From sequence record OR427838.1: a stretch of DNA of 64,000 bases, one strand, 5' to 3'. Both the position numbers and the translations under genes were made by a program. The stretch's first letter is position 1. Each line of letters opens with the position of its first letter. Shown in pieces: positions 18,763 through 27,780 of the stretch. This stretch comes from Escherichia phage fDHCT2. Under the pieces are notes generated by a model, which saw only the letters and a program-made list of their open reading frames with translations, ran no database searches and was not told where the DNA came from.

Positions 18763-18854
18763 ACAAAAGTCCTTTGTTGTTTTATACTATTTGCCTTTCG
18801 GCCTTAACCGATAGCGATTACCAAAAGCTAAAGCTCTACGGTTAGTATTATTAT

Positions 18855-19133
18855 TTATAGCTTTTTAAGCTTACGACAATAAGAATAGAACACGTCGTTA
18901 AAATTATGCTCAACCCAATTCCTCTGTATAGGCGAGGTAATGGAAAGCATATAATGGGCTTTAATTAAATCCATCCCATTTTTATTAGGACATTCTTTAT
19001 TATTAGCATTATACGTCGCCGCTACAACCTCTATCTCTCTTTTGTAAGCCACATCATCCATGATAGGCGAAAGAACAATATAAGAAATAGCCACAGCGAA
19101 CGCTAGAATTAAAATCTTTGAATTTAGGTCCAT
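18855..19133 (-). CDS. hypothetical membrane-anchored protein
   Basis: 92 aa with N-terminal hydrophobic helix. Confidence 0.45.
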   Translation of the reverse strand: MDLNSKILILAFAVAISYIVLSPIMDDVAYKREIEVVAATYNANNKECPNKNGMDLIKAHYMLSITSPIQRNWVEHNFNDVFYSYCRKLKKL

Positions 19134-19140
19134 AGTACCC

Positions 19141-19713
19141 TCAACTCGTTATTTCTATCCAGTGCTTCCTGCACAATGACACGTAAGAATCGTTGCCACC
19201 TATAGAAACTTGGGCTCCGTCCTTAATTGCGACACCATCTTGGACCCTAGCAGTCATAGTAGCTTTACGGCCGCAATGGCACACACCTTTGTACTCAACG
19301 AGTTTATCTGCCGTAGCGAGTAATTCAGCAGAACCAGGAAACAGTTTACCCTGAAAATCAGTTCTTAGCCCATAGCACATAACTGGAACATTATAATTGT
19401 CTACTATCTTTGCCAGTTGTTTTATCTGTGCAGGTTCTAAGAACTGCGCTTCATCCACAAATACACAGTGGATATCTTTTTGAGATTCAGCCCAACGATA
19501 GAACTCGTATAGGTCCATATCCGGAGTCACTGCATTAGCCTCTTGACTAATCCCTATACGAGACGAAATGGTATGGCTTGATTCTCTATTGTCTATCGCA
19601 GGCTTTAAAAGGAGCACGCCCATACCACGTTCTTTGTAGTTATGAGCTGCCGTTAGCAATGAAGCGGTCTTACCTGAGTTCATTGCCGCATAGTGAAACA
19701 TCAAACTTGCCAT
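19141..19713 (-). CDS. tk: Thymidine kinase
   Basis: 190 aa; YAAMNSGKTASLL P-loop, VFVDEAQFL, CHCGRKA zinc motif; matches T4 Tk from memory. Confidence 0.9.
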   Translation of the reverse strand: MASLMFHYAAMNSGKTASLLTAAHNYKERGMGVLLLKPAIDNRESSHTISSRIGISQEANAVTPDMDLYEFYRWAESQKDIHCVFVDEAQFLEPAQIKQLAKIVDNYNVPVMCYGLRTDFQGKLFPGSAELLATADKLVEYKGVCHCGRKATMTARVQDGVAIKDGAQVSIGGNDSYVSLCRKHWIEITS

Positions 19714-19722
19714 ATCACCTTC

Positions 19723-19929
19723 TTAAAGCGTATTCACATAAGCAATTAATTCGTTTTCTTTCTCATCAAATCTATTAGCAAATTCTTCCAGATGTTCGGC
19801 ATCTATCGGGCCATATTCATCGTAAAAAGCGTTTGCTTCTGTATGCTCATCCAAAAGCTCATGGATAAGCTCAAACAATTTATCTTTCTGTTCTTTACTC
19901 AGACTCATAACCATTGCACCTTTAAGCAA
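19723..19929 (-). CDS. hypothetical protein
   Basis: 68-aa ORF. Confidence 0.45.
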   Translation of the reverse strand: MLKGAMVMSLSKEQKDKLFELIHELLDEHTEANAFYDEYGPIDAEHLEEFANRFDEKENELIAYVNTL

Positions 19930-20117
19930 TATTCTTCTACATGCTGTTTACGTTTATTTTTATCTATAAAAGTATATTCAACATATTCACCGATATACCA
20001 TTTATCAGTGTTGTGTTGACTTTTTATAGGGCATTTAGTTACTCGGGTTTCGGTCCAGCGCCGAATAATTTCAGCTTTATTTTTAGGGTCAAATGGATGC
20101 GGGTAATGTGCTTTCAT
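19905..20117 (-). CDS. hypothetical protein
   Basis: 70-aa ORF. Confidence 0.4.
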   Translation of the reverse strand: MKAHYPHPFDPKNKAEIIRRWTETRVTKCPIKSQHNTDKWYIGEYVEYTFIDKNKRKQHVEEYCLKVQWL

Positions 20118-20568
20118 AATCCACCACTATTAAATCAATATCAGGAGTAAACATGTCGATTAATTTAGAAACCTTGTCCCAATCGCCGCCAGCAATACCA
20201 CAACCTATGCGCGGAATATAAATTCTTGGTTTAAACAAAAGGGTTTCTGCTTGTAGATTTAATTCTATCATACAGTTTACTAAAGCACCGTAATCAAGAT
20301 TAGGGCCTGGTTCGTATTGTGTGTATAAATTATAGCACATTGCAAATCCATTAGGCTTATGTTTAAAAGCAATAGACATATCACCCAATTTATCTCGAGA
20401 GCCGTATTCGGTAGTAGTCTTATCAATTTCTAAAATTTTAGGATAAGCCTTAGCCAATTGTCCAGCTACACCTGAACCCATAGTGTGAAAACAATTACAC
20501 CCATGTGCAATAATATTACCTTGGAGAAACAGGGCGACGATATCGCCCTTAATATAATCAATAATCAT
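20089..20568 (-). CDS. Macro-domain (ADP-ribose-binding/hydrolase-like) protein
   Basis: 159 aa; N-terminal NIIAHGCNCFHTMGSGVAGQL and later GCGIAGG match macro-domain signature regions. Confidence 0.65.
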   Translation of the reverse strand: MIIDYIKGDIVALFLQGNIIAHGCNCFHTMGSGVAGQLAKAYPKILEIDKTTTEYGSRDKLGDMSIAFKHKPNGFAMCYNLYTQYEPGPNLDYGALVNCMIELNLQAETLLFKPRIYIPRIGCGIAGGDWDKVSKLIDMFTPDIDLIVVDYESTLPASI

Positions 20569-20921
20569 TTAGAGTTTAGCCCTCGATTGTAAGAGTCAAC
20601 GAGTCTGTCTACCATAGACGCGCACATTTCTTTGTACTTTTTATCAGACGGAACACATTCAGTAACGTTTAGACGTTGCTCGTATCTTTTAGAAAGAGTT
20701 TTCTCTTTCATTCGGCGATGCTCGACGTCGTTCTGTCCATCTTTAAAAGCAGCTGTTATTTTTGAACTGAATTCAATAATACATTCAGTATTACTAGGAT
20801 GACAATAATCTTTTGCTGTACGGGTAGCATACTCGACAATTGAATTATTGCTATCATCAACTTGTGACGCTAATACTCCCGGAGCGATCAACATAAGCGC
20901 TATAGTCATCTGTTTAATCAT
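20565..20921 (-). CDS. secreted/periplasmic hypothetical protein
   Basis: 118 aa with signal-peptide-like N-terminus MIKQMTIALMLIAPGVLAS. Confidence 0.5.
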   Translation of the reverse strand: MIKQMTIALMLIAPGVLASQVDDSNNSIVEYATRTAKDYCHPSNTECIIEFSSKITAAFKDGQNDVEHRRMKEKTLSKRYEQRLNVTECVPSDKKYKEMCASMVDRLVDSYNRGLNSK

Positions 20922-21461
20922 TTAATATACCGCCTCAAACATCTTTTTAGATTTTAGGTAATTGGCCTTTTCTAGAACTTCAGAAGCATATTTACTGCCT
21001 GCTTTGACGTCCCAGCCCGCATTATAAGAAGCAATCGCTTTTCTCAGGTCACCTTTGTGAACACCAATCCAATAAGACAGTTCAATGTAGGCCCAAGAGG
21101 CACTGTTCTGTCGTTTTTGGACCATACGGATTATTTCTTTATCAGACATCTTCCAACCTACCTGTTGAACACGACTTCTTAACGTAGGCAAGTAATTTTG
21201 GAACATGCCATAAGCATGGTGCTTATCTTTATTTAAACCCTGATTAATTCCGGCGGATGATTCCTGCCATAGTAATCCGGCCATGATATATCCTAATCCT
21301 TTTTGATTAGGGTTTTCTTTGAACTTTCCCGACTTTTGGTATTGTTCACCGAAAGCATACGCATAATGTAAATTATCGAGTTGTTCATTACTGAAAGTAG
21401 GCTCTACGCTATGGGCAGACATACTAACTGTCAATAGTAAAGTGGCTAATACTTTTTTCAT
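20922..21461 (-). CDS. secreted lytic-transglycosylase-like protein
   Basis: signal peptide MKKVLATLLLTVSMSAHS; QESS...GMFQ resembles SLT catalytic region. Confidence 0.5.
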   Translation of the reverse strand: MKKVLATLLLTVSMSAHSVEPTFSNEQLDNLHYAYAFGEQYQKSGKFKENPNQKGLGYIMAGLLWQESSAGINQGLNKDKHHAYGMFQNYLPTLRSRVQQVGWKMSDKEIIRMVQKRQNSASWAYIELSYWIGVHKGDLRKAIASYNAGWDVKAGSKYASEVLEKANYLKSKKMFEAVY

Positions 21462-21473
21462 GAGACCTCATTA

Positions 21474-21932
21474 TTAAAGATAGATTACTTTCGTGCTGGT
21501 TTTACCTTCTAAACGTTTAGAGTTAACAAATGCCATACGACATTTTAATGAATATCCTTTATCAGGATGTTTACGATCTACGGTCATACCTAGCCATAAG
21601 GTTTTATCGGTAATTTCGAGACGCAATGGACGATACACTTTACCAGGGACAATTTCGGATTCTACATCAGGCAGAGGTTCCTGGATTAAGAATTCATGGA
21701 TTTCTTTAACATGGTTATGGAGTTGCTTGAATAAAGCAAAAACGTATTTTTCGTCGATTTCACGTTGGATAGCACGGTCCAACAAGTGATTAGAGTACTT
21801 AATAAAGAAAGCTGGGACACCGCTCTTGATGGCGGCTTTTTTGATGGACGCGTTAAGTTCACGAAATTCGGTTTCGAACTGACGACGTAATTTGTTGCGG
21901 CGGATGAATACTTCTGAATTAATTTCTGACAT
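21474..21932 (-). CDS. regB: Endoribonuclease RegB
   Basis: EVFIRRNKLRRQFETEFRELN...HLLDRAIQREIDEKYVF...RLEITD matches T4 RegB from memory; start at MSEIN (track ORF begins 53 codons upstream). Confidence 0.85.
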   Translation of the reverse strand: MSEINSEVFIRRNKLRRQFETEFRELNASIKKAAIKSGVPAFFIKYSNHLLDRAIQREIDEKYVFALFKQLHNHVKEIHEFLIQEPLPDVESEIVPGKVYRPLRLEITDKTLWLGMTVDRKHPDKGYSLKCRMAFVNSKRLEGKTSTKVIYL

Positions 21933-21960
21933 TTTGTAATCTCCTGTAGTTGATAGGTTT

Positions 21961-21989
21961 ATAGTATCATGTCTACAGGAGATGTAAAC
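21961..21989 (-). promoter_or_regulatory. T4-type early sigma70 promoter
   Basis: GTTTAC-17nt-TACTAT with TGa; inverted repeat ctcctgtag/ctacaggag flanks -10 and includes the regB SD. Confidence 0.6.
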
Positions 21990-21993
21990 AGCT

Positions 21994-22272
21994 TTAGTAC
22001 TTTTCTTCCGGTTGGAACACGGAACGACAAGCCCACATACTAGCTTCTTTAAGACGGTCAATTGCATTACGAATCTGGGTAATGCGTTCATGAGCCTGGT
22101 CTAGTTCTTGTTCAGAAACCTCTTCGGTATCTAAGTTCATATAATAGGTAACATGTTCTTCTTCTAGAGCTTTAAACATCAGCCCTAACCGAACTTCAGC
22201 ATCTTTAATGGCATTCACTTTACCGATTTTATCGTCGGTATGTGGCTTGTAACCTTTGATATCTTCAATCAT
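21994..22272 (-). CDS. hypothetical protein
   Basis: 92-aa ORF. Confidence 0.45.
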   Translation of the reverse strand: MIEDIKGYKPHTDDKIGKVNAIKDAEVRLGLMFKALEEEHVTYYMNLDTEEVSEQELDQAHERITQIRNAIDRLKEASMWACRSVFQPEEKY

Positions 22273-22487
22273 TTCACTTCCTCATCAGATGCAATATCAT
22301 ATTCTACAAAACGAAGGCCATCGTATCCACCACTAACAGAGATATACGTAGTCGGGTAAACAATTTCTTTACCATTCCATTGGCCGCCGTCCCAACATTC
22401 CAAAAAGCCTTGTTCGCCTTGTTCGTGGAACCAATCAACAAACATCTTCAGAGCTTCATCAGAGCCTTCAATTGCCAATTTAGACAT
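22269..22487 (-). CDS. hypothetical protein
   Basis: 72-aa ORF. Confidence 0.45.
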   Translation of the reverse strand: MSKLAIEGSDEALKMFVDWFHEQGEQGFLECWDGGQWNGKEIVYPTTYISVSGGYDGLRFVEYDIASDEEVK

Positions 22488-22776
22488 ATTTCTTCCAGCC
22501 AGAAATCATATGAATCTCTTGGTCGTATGTCAAGAGACTACGAGTTATAATACCCTTACAAGGCCCTGAGATGAACTCGAGAGTGAAGTAAGGAACCTGT
22601 TTCATTAATCGGATACTAGGAGCATGACATCTAAAACGAGAGCCCTTAAAGGGCCCTGACATGAATACATATTCTAATGGATAGAAATAAGCATATTCGA
22701 AATTTGCAGTAAGGTCCTCTCTTCGAACCTTACGTGAGAAATAACAGAACTCAAAAAGTTCTTCATCAGTCATCAT
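22480..22776 (-). CDS. hypothetical protein
   Basis: 98-aa ORF. Confidence 0.45.
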   Translation of the reverse strand: MMTDEELFEFCYFSRKVRREDLTANFEYAYFYPLEYVFMSGPFKGSRFRCHAPSIRLMKQVPYFTLEFISGPCKGIITRSLLTYDQEIHMISGWKKYV

Positions 22777-23300
22777 TGCATTCCTATCACAAAGAACAGC
22801 GGCAGAGGTTTAGAACCCTGGCACATAAATTTGTTAATCATTACCTGGTAAGCTTCATAGAACTTATCCATCGATGGAAGGCGCATTGGCTCTTCGATAA
22901 TAATCAATAATCGAGTAACTGATAGACCACGATACTTATGGAAGTTATCTTCGTCTAAAAATGATCGCACGGTATCATATACAATAAACCCAGGACCTTC
23001 TACTTGAAGATGTGGATGAGCCTTAGAAACCCTTTTTATTACATTACAGATTTCGCGTGACCGGTGCGAAGAACTCGACATAACAATCACATCATTACCC
23101 TTGGAAACCCAATCAGCTGCGAACTGGGCAAGGGCACTTGTTTTACCTGTTTGGCGCCCGCCGTCAAGTCGAAGAGTACCAAACTCTTGCATTCTTGAAG
23201 TAGGTTCGTACCAGGTGTATTGGTTTGAGTCTAAACGTTCAATGGCGCGTTCAGCGAAGGCGTGCATTAAGGTTAGATAAATGGGAGTTAAAAATTTCAT
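22773..23300 (-). CDS. small P-loop NTPase
   Basis: Walker A GGRQTGKTS, Walker B LLIIIEEP. Confidence 0.55.
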   Translation of the reverse strand: MKFLTPIYLTLMHAFAERAIERLDSNQYTWYEPTSRMQEFGTLRLDGGRQTGKTSALAQFAADWVSKGNDVIVMSSSSHRSREICNVIKRVSKAHPHLQVEGPGFIVYDTVRSFLDEDNFHKYRGLSVTRLLIIIEEPMRLPSMDKFYEAYQVMINKFMCQGSKPLPLFFVIGMQ

Positions 23301-23460
23301 AGTGGTCTCTTAGTTGTGGGGCCATTCCTTGGCACATAATTCATCCATGTATCCGTATGTAAACCCTTTACCGCACTTGGGCTCGACCTTATTACAGGTA
23401 GGGAAAGGTCCATCACTCAGAGGACGCGACGTTCATGAGGAGAGGGCCGGCTTGCCTTTA

Positions 23461-23760
23461 TTAGAAAGAACCAGAACCTCTAATTGTGTTCTGGCGACCT
23501 TTATTTTCCAATTCGGAATGGTCGATTTCGTAGGCTTGTGCTACACCAAAAGCCTTTTTAACTTTAGCTAAAGAGCCTTTAGATGTAACAATATTAAAAG
23601 TATTACCTTTGGTAAAATCAACCAAATCCACTTGTACACCTTGTTTACCGAGGCTTGCTACAATAGCATCAACATATTCTTGGTCTAAGGTGCCTTGGAC
23701 GCCTATTTGGAATGCTTTAGGAGCTTTGGCTTCTGTAATAAATTCTTGATAAGTTTTCAT
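23461..23760 (-). CDS. internal-protein-like protein with capsid targeting sequence
   Basis: N-terminus [11 protein letters not shown] as in T4 IPI/IPII/IPIII; third CTS gene next to denV. Confidence 0.55.
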   Translation of the reverse strand: MKTYQEFITEAKAPKAFQIGVQGTLDQEYVDAIVASLGKQGVQVDLVDFTKGNTFNIVTSKGSLAKVKKAFGVAQAYEIDHSELENKGRQNTIRGSGSF

Positions 23761-23802
23761 ATTATTCCTTAAGTTGATAGAAGTATTCTACCACGGATTT
23801 AA

Positions 23803-24219
23803 TTAAGCGTAAATAGCCTTGCCATAGTGTTTGTACCAGGTAGGACGTTGTGCAATTTTTTCATCCAAACGGGCTTGTGAAATAGCGATAGAAGCTTCGT
23901 GAGGAACATAATCACCACGGAATTCCTGAGGAATATCACTAATGTCCTGGACTGTAGTATCCTTGATATTAAAGCCACGTTTTAAACATTCGGTTATAAG
24001 CTCGATTTGACGCTTACGTAAAAATTCAAGCTTATCGTAAAAGAATGTAACATGGCCTGTACCAAGGATAAAAGTAGGGCTGATTTTAAAATCACGAACG
24101 CGTTTACCGTTAGCAACATGCTTACGAACTGCACCGAAAACACGTGGTAATTCACGATATTCAGCCATTAAGTGTTGGTCAGCCAATTCAGATACTAAGG
24201 TAAGGTTGATACGAGTCAT
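23803..24219 (-). CDS. denV: Endonuclease V (pyrimidine-dimer DNA glycosylase) DenV
   Basis: 138 aa; [34 protein letters not shown]... near-identical to T4 DenV as I recall it. Confidence 0.9.
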   Translation of the reverse strand: MTRINLTLVSELADQHLMAEYRELPRVFGAVRKHVANGKRVRDFKISPTFILGTGHVTFFYDKLEFLRKRQIELITECLKRGFNIKDTTVQDISDIPQEFRGDYVPHEASIAISQARLDEKIAQRPTWYKHYGKAIYA

Positions 24220-24248
24220 TTTAGTGTTCTCCGTGTTTGTATGAGAAC

Positions 24249-24277
24249 ACTATATCACAGCTATCGTAAAAGTAAAC
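24249..24277 (-). promoter_or_regulatory. T4-type early sigma70 promoter
   Basis: GTTTAC-17nt-TATAGT with TGa; leader hairpin gtgttctc/gagaacac covers the SD. Confidence 0.55.
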
Positions 24278-24279
24278 TA

Positions 24280-24582
24280 TTATTTACCTTTAATTGCTTT
24301 AGCTGCTTCGGTAGCCGCTTGCTGAAGGTCATCCATAGTCATGCCGAACTTAGAAGCAAAGTTATCAATTTTCTTTTCGACAGAATTCAAAGGCTTGGCC
24401 TGTTTACCTTCATTAGCGCCAGGAAGAGCGAGAATACGCTCTTTGTCAATATAAAGGCTTACAAGTTTCTTACGGTCTTTATCGGACAAATCATGAAATG
24501 AATGAGCCTTTTTATTTATAGCGGCTTCTAATTTACCCGCAGTTACGCGGGCTTCAGTGATAAATTCTTGATAGGTTTTCAT
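24280..24582 (-). CDS. ipII: Internal protein II
   Basis: 100 aa, [14 protein letters not shown]; between denV and ipIII as in T4. Confidence 0.8.
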   Translation of the reverse strand: MKTYQEFITEARVTAGKLEAAINKKAHSFHDLSDKDRKKLVSLYIDKERILALPGANEGKQAKPLNSVEKKIDNFASKFGMTMDDLQQAATEAAKAIKGK

Positions 24583-24623
24583 ATGTTTCCTTTAAATGTA
24601 AATAGGCCTAAGTATCGGCCTTA

Positions 24624-25220
24624 TTAATTACCACGGGCTGCATTAGCAACGGCGTAAGCGTACTGAATATTAGCGTCTTTAAACGTACCTTTAGAGGTAT
24701 CTATTTCTGCCTTAAAGCCGCCTTTAGCCATAACATCGGCAAATTCTTTACGGAAAGCCATTGCATCAAGACCTTTCCATGATGATTTGTGCTTGGCAAA
24801 TTCAAGACCAGCGAAGTTGACAGCCTTAGCCAATTTATTATCAATAGTCCATTTACCTGCTTTAGGTACAACTACCGGGCCTTTTTGTTTAGAGAACAGT
24901 TTTAAATTCCAGCGACGAAGGTCGCCGTCAGCTTTAACAAAAGCTGCGTCCAAGTTACTAGCAACAACATCCTGAATATGGCCAAATTTAAGCCCATCAG
25001 CTTCAATATTTAGGTCGTTACGCCAGCGAAGTCCTTCCCAGGCGAAAGCTTTAAAGTCAGAAGCTTTTGTAGCTAAATACCGTTCAATAGGAGCTGTTTT
25101 AGCGTCAAAACCATTTCCTGGGTTGTCAACGCCGTTTCCTCGGTAGGTCCACTCATCTTTATTAATGCCTTGGACCTTTCCTACAGAAGCTTCGGCGATA
25201 AATTCTTTATACGTTTTCAT
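24624..25220 (-). CDS. ipIII: Internal protein III
   Basis: 198 aa, CTS MKTYKEFIAEA; adjacent to e as in T4. Confidence 0.75.
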   Translation of the reverse strand: MKTYKEFIAEASVGKVQGINKDEWTYRGNGVDNPGNGFDAKTAPIERYLATKASDFKAFAWEGLRWRNDLNIEADGLKFGHIQDVVASNLDAAFVKADGDLRRWNLKLFSKQKGPVVVPKAGKWTIDNKLAKAVNFAGLEFAKHKSSWKGLDAMAFRKEFADVMAKGGFKAEIDTSKGTFKDANIQYAYAVANAARGN

Positions 25221-25273
25221 ACGGGTTCCTTAAAGGTAAATATTTTAATTAGTCTGTTCAAGTAACTGTATAT

Positions 25274-25301
25274 ATACTATCACAATTCTAGGAGATGTAA
25301 A
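25274..25301 (-). promoter_or_regulatory. T4-type early sigma70 promoter
   Basis: GTTTAC-17nt-TAGTAT with TGa. Confidence 0.5.
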
Positions 25302-25306
25302 CTGCT

Positions 25307-25795
25307 TTATCTATAAGCAGCCCAAGTACCTGTTTTAAATGTTGAAATCACGCGCTTAGCACGATTAGGAGTTTGTTTATACCAACGGGATTGAGCCAGG
25401 TTAACTGCGGCATCATCCCAACGTTTCTGTTGGAGCATACGCAGAGAGTTGGTAAATCCTGCTACACCAGCTTCGCCCATTTGGAAGACCATGTTAATTA
25501 AAGCACAACGACGAACTTCGTCCAGCACATCATAAACAGGTTTCAATTTAGGATTACGCAGAATAGCTCTACGAGCATTATCAACCGACCGGTTAAAGAG
25601 TTGTTCTGCTTCAGCCATAGTAATACGACCATTACAAACTCGACCCATAAGCTTATCAAGTTCAGCGCGGGCAACATCTTTAGATGGGTTCTTGGTAACT
25701 AACTGGCCAATACCAATAGTCCAATAACCTTCAGTGTCTTTATAAAGATTTAAATCAAGACCTTCGTCTTGACGTAACATATCAAAAATATCCAT
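25307..25795 (-). CDS. e: Endolysin (T4 lysozyme)
   Basis: 162 aa; [35 protein letters not shown]...[18 protein letters not shown] matches T4 lysozyme. Confidence 0.95.
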   Translation of the reverse strand: MDIFDMLRQDEGLDLNLYKDTEGYWTIGIGQLVTKNPSKDVARAELDKLMGRVCNGRITMAEAEQLFNRSVDNARRAILRNPKLKPVYDVLDEVRRCALINMVFQMGEAGVAGFTNSLRMLQQKRWDDAAVNLAQSRWYKQTPNRAKRVISTFKTGTWAAYR

Positions 25796-25797
25796 AA

Positions 25798-25825
25798 TAC
25801 CTCCTGAGTATAGGAGGTATTTATA
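25798..25825 (-). promoter_or_regulatory. gene e late promoter (TATAAATA) abutting an SD-sequestering hairpin
   Basis: minus-strand TATAAATAcctccTATACTCAggaggta tt ATG; perfect 7-bp stem containing the SD. Confidence 0.7.
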
Positions 25826-26275
25826 TCAAAAGAGCGAATCTAAAACCTTAAACATCGACGGGCCCATGACATATTTCCATTGTGGACGTTTAATCAAGGC
25901 AAAAGCATCGAATTCAGGAATCGTACGACCATCAGGGAACGTATGGTAAGCTGTACATTTGCAATCCTTGAACTGCTCGTGTTCGACAGGCACAGTATAT
26001 AAGAACAGGTGTAGATTCTTATTGCTAGAATATTTGAACTCACCTAGGTCTTTCAGGAATGCAGGATCGTATGCCGTGAATCCAATCTCTTCTTCGGTTT
26101 CACGCATTGCGGCTTGAATAGGCTCTTCGCCTGGTTCTACATGACCTTTAGGAATGTCCCATTTATGACGCATGTTCTCTGGATTACGAGAGCCTGTTAC
26201 ACGACCCATAACTAGTTCTTTATCAACGGTCATGAACAAAATACCGGCAGATAGTTCTTTCACTTTCTTACTCAT
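25826..26275 (-). CDS. nudE: Nudix hydrolase NudE
   Basis: Nudix box GHVEPGEEPIQAAMRETEEEIG; position next to e as in T4; start at MSKKVKEL. Confidence 0.75.
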   Translation of the reverse strand: MSKKVKELSAGILFMTVDKELVMGRVTGSRNPENMRHKWDIPKGHVEPGEEPIQAAMRETEEEIGFTAYDPAFLKDLGEFKYSSNKNLHLFLYTVPVEHEQFKDCKCTAYHTFPDGRTIPEFDAFALIKRPQWKYVMGPSMFKVLDSLF

Positions 26276-26504
26276 CGTCTCGTTTCCATGATTGGTTAAA
26301 AATATCTTGCATAATAATTTGAAGTCTATTTTCTGATGATGGACTTTCACTATCAGACACTTGAAGCATATAGTCACCAATAGGACAGAACATATCCATA
26401 TCGCTTTCTAAGTCTTCTTTAATTTTCTCTTCTGATGTTCCGGTGTCATAGGAATACAGATAAGAATCACATGACTCAGATTTAATATAAATTGCAATAC
26501 TCAT
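26268..26504 (-). CDS. hypothetical acidic protein
   Basis: 78-aa ORF. Confidence 0.4.
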   Translation of the reverse strand: MSIAIYIKSESCDSYLYSYDTGTSEEKIKEDLESDMDMFCPIGDYMLQVSDSESPSSENRLQIIMQDIFNQSWKRDDE

Positions 26505-27094
26505 TTACGGCATTCCTTAATAAACTCATTTAAATTATGTTTGTTTTTACCTTCGTCGTAAAGACGTTGTTGACGACGTAAACGCCATGGCATTTCAATA
26601 GCCAAGCACCAAATACTTAAAGCAGCGCCAGCTGTGAAAAGATTCATTAATCCGGCGCCAATAATAGTTCGTTCTAGCGCATCATTCCAGTTAGCATCGA
26701 TTAAAAATGAACTCAACACTAACATTGGAAGTAAAGTAATAAAATACGCTACAACATATCGTCCGAACGTAAGCCATTCAGTATCGATGAGCTTAGCCTT
26801 TCCATCTTGGAGACAAATATACTTATCGTCAGTGCGGGTGATTTTCTTTACCGGTTGCCAACCATTTACGATATAACCCATTCTGAACTCCTCAATTAAA
26901 AGCTGTTTCATTTCGGCAGTACAACCTGACCAATCTATTGTACTGGCTGAAATTCCTTCATCACCGTCATCGATATTTCGCCAGGACTTTTTAATAATCA
27001 TAGTCTCACCACTTGGGATAATAATTCCGGCATTTTCCGACCGACGGATGAAGTTTGTATCAATACCCATACAACCAGGTTCATAAAGGGCCAT
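26501..27094 (-). CDS. membrane protein
   Basis: 197 aa with C-terminal TM helices. Confidence 0.5.
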   Translation of the reverse strand: MALYEPGCMGIDTNFIRRSENAGIIIPSGETMIIKKSWRNIDDGDEGISASTIDWSGCTAEMKQLLIEEFRMGYIVNGWQPVKKITRTDDKYICLQDGKAKLIDTEWLTFGRYVVAYFITLLPMLVLSSFLIDANWNDALERTIIGAGLMNLFTAGAALSIWCLAIEMPWRLRRQQRLYDEGKNKHNLNEFIKECRK

Positions 27095-27780
27095 TACCAG
27101 CCCTCCATAGGAAATTCCAGATATACTTGAGCATTAACGCGGATTTCATTTGTAATCTTTTTAACACGGTCGGTATTACGAGACACACGACCAAACCAGC
27201 GCCACCCGTTACTTACTGCACGAGAACCTGTATGCCATGTTTGCCAATCAAACTGGAGTAACGTGCGGTCAGGAGCATCCCACTTGGTTAATTCATTGGA
27301 CTCAATTTTTTCCAGAACTTCTTTATGCCACTGGCGATAGATAAGTTCGCCTTCAGGAATCTGACTGAACTGTGCAGTTCCGGTTGCAAAATGAGTAGGA
27401 CACACATCAGCATTAACAAGACCAAGAATATGTTCAGAATGGTATCGAGGATTATCATAATCAGGTTGCCCTGCGGTAATAAAGTGTTGACCCACCGGAA
27501 TATCTGGACGTGGTACATCATCATGGTGGAAGCCTGGAATTGCAGGGTACCAGCCGGGCATTAACATGTGTACACGGGAATCAAATACGCATTCAACGGC
27601 TTTCCACTCATCAGGGAGATTAGTAATAAAGCTACGAGTAATAGGACCACCATTTTGTGCAGCAAAATTCAAATCACAGTTAAAGAACATAGGCTCGTTT
27701 TTAATATCATCATTAGAAATATGACCTGCAAAACCACCTACTGCACGAGCTTTAGAATTAAAAGTTTTTGGACCGTTCAT
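27094..27780 (-). CDS. hypothetical protein (228 aa, His/Asp-rich)
   Basis: long ORF; HHDD and HSEH motifs suggest possible metal-dependent enzyme. Confidence 0.5.
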   Translation of the reverse strand: MNGPKTFNSKARAVGGFAGHISNDDIKNEPMFFNCDLNFAAQNGGPITRSFITNLPDEWKAVECVFDSRVHMLMPGWYPAIPGFHHDDVPRPDIPVGQHFITAGQPDYDNPRYHSEHILGLVNADVCPTHFATGTAQFSQIPEGELIYRQWHKEVLEKIESNELTKWDAPDRTLLQFDWQTWHTGSRAVSNGWRWFGRVSRNTDRVKKITNEIRVNAQVYLEFPMEGW

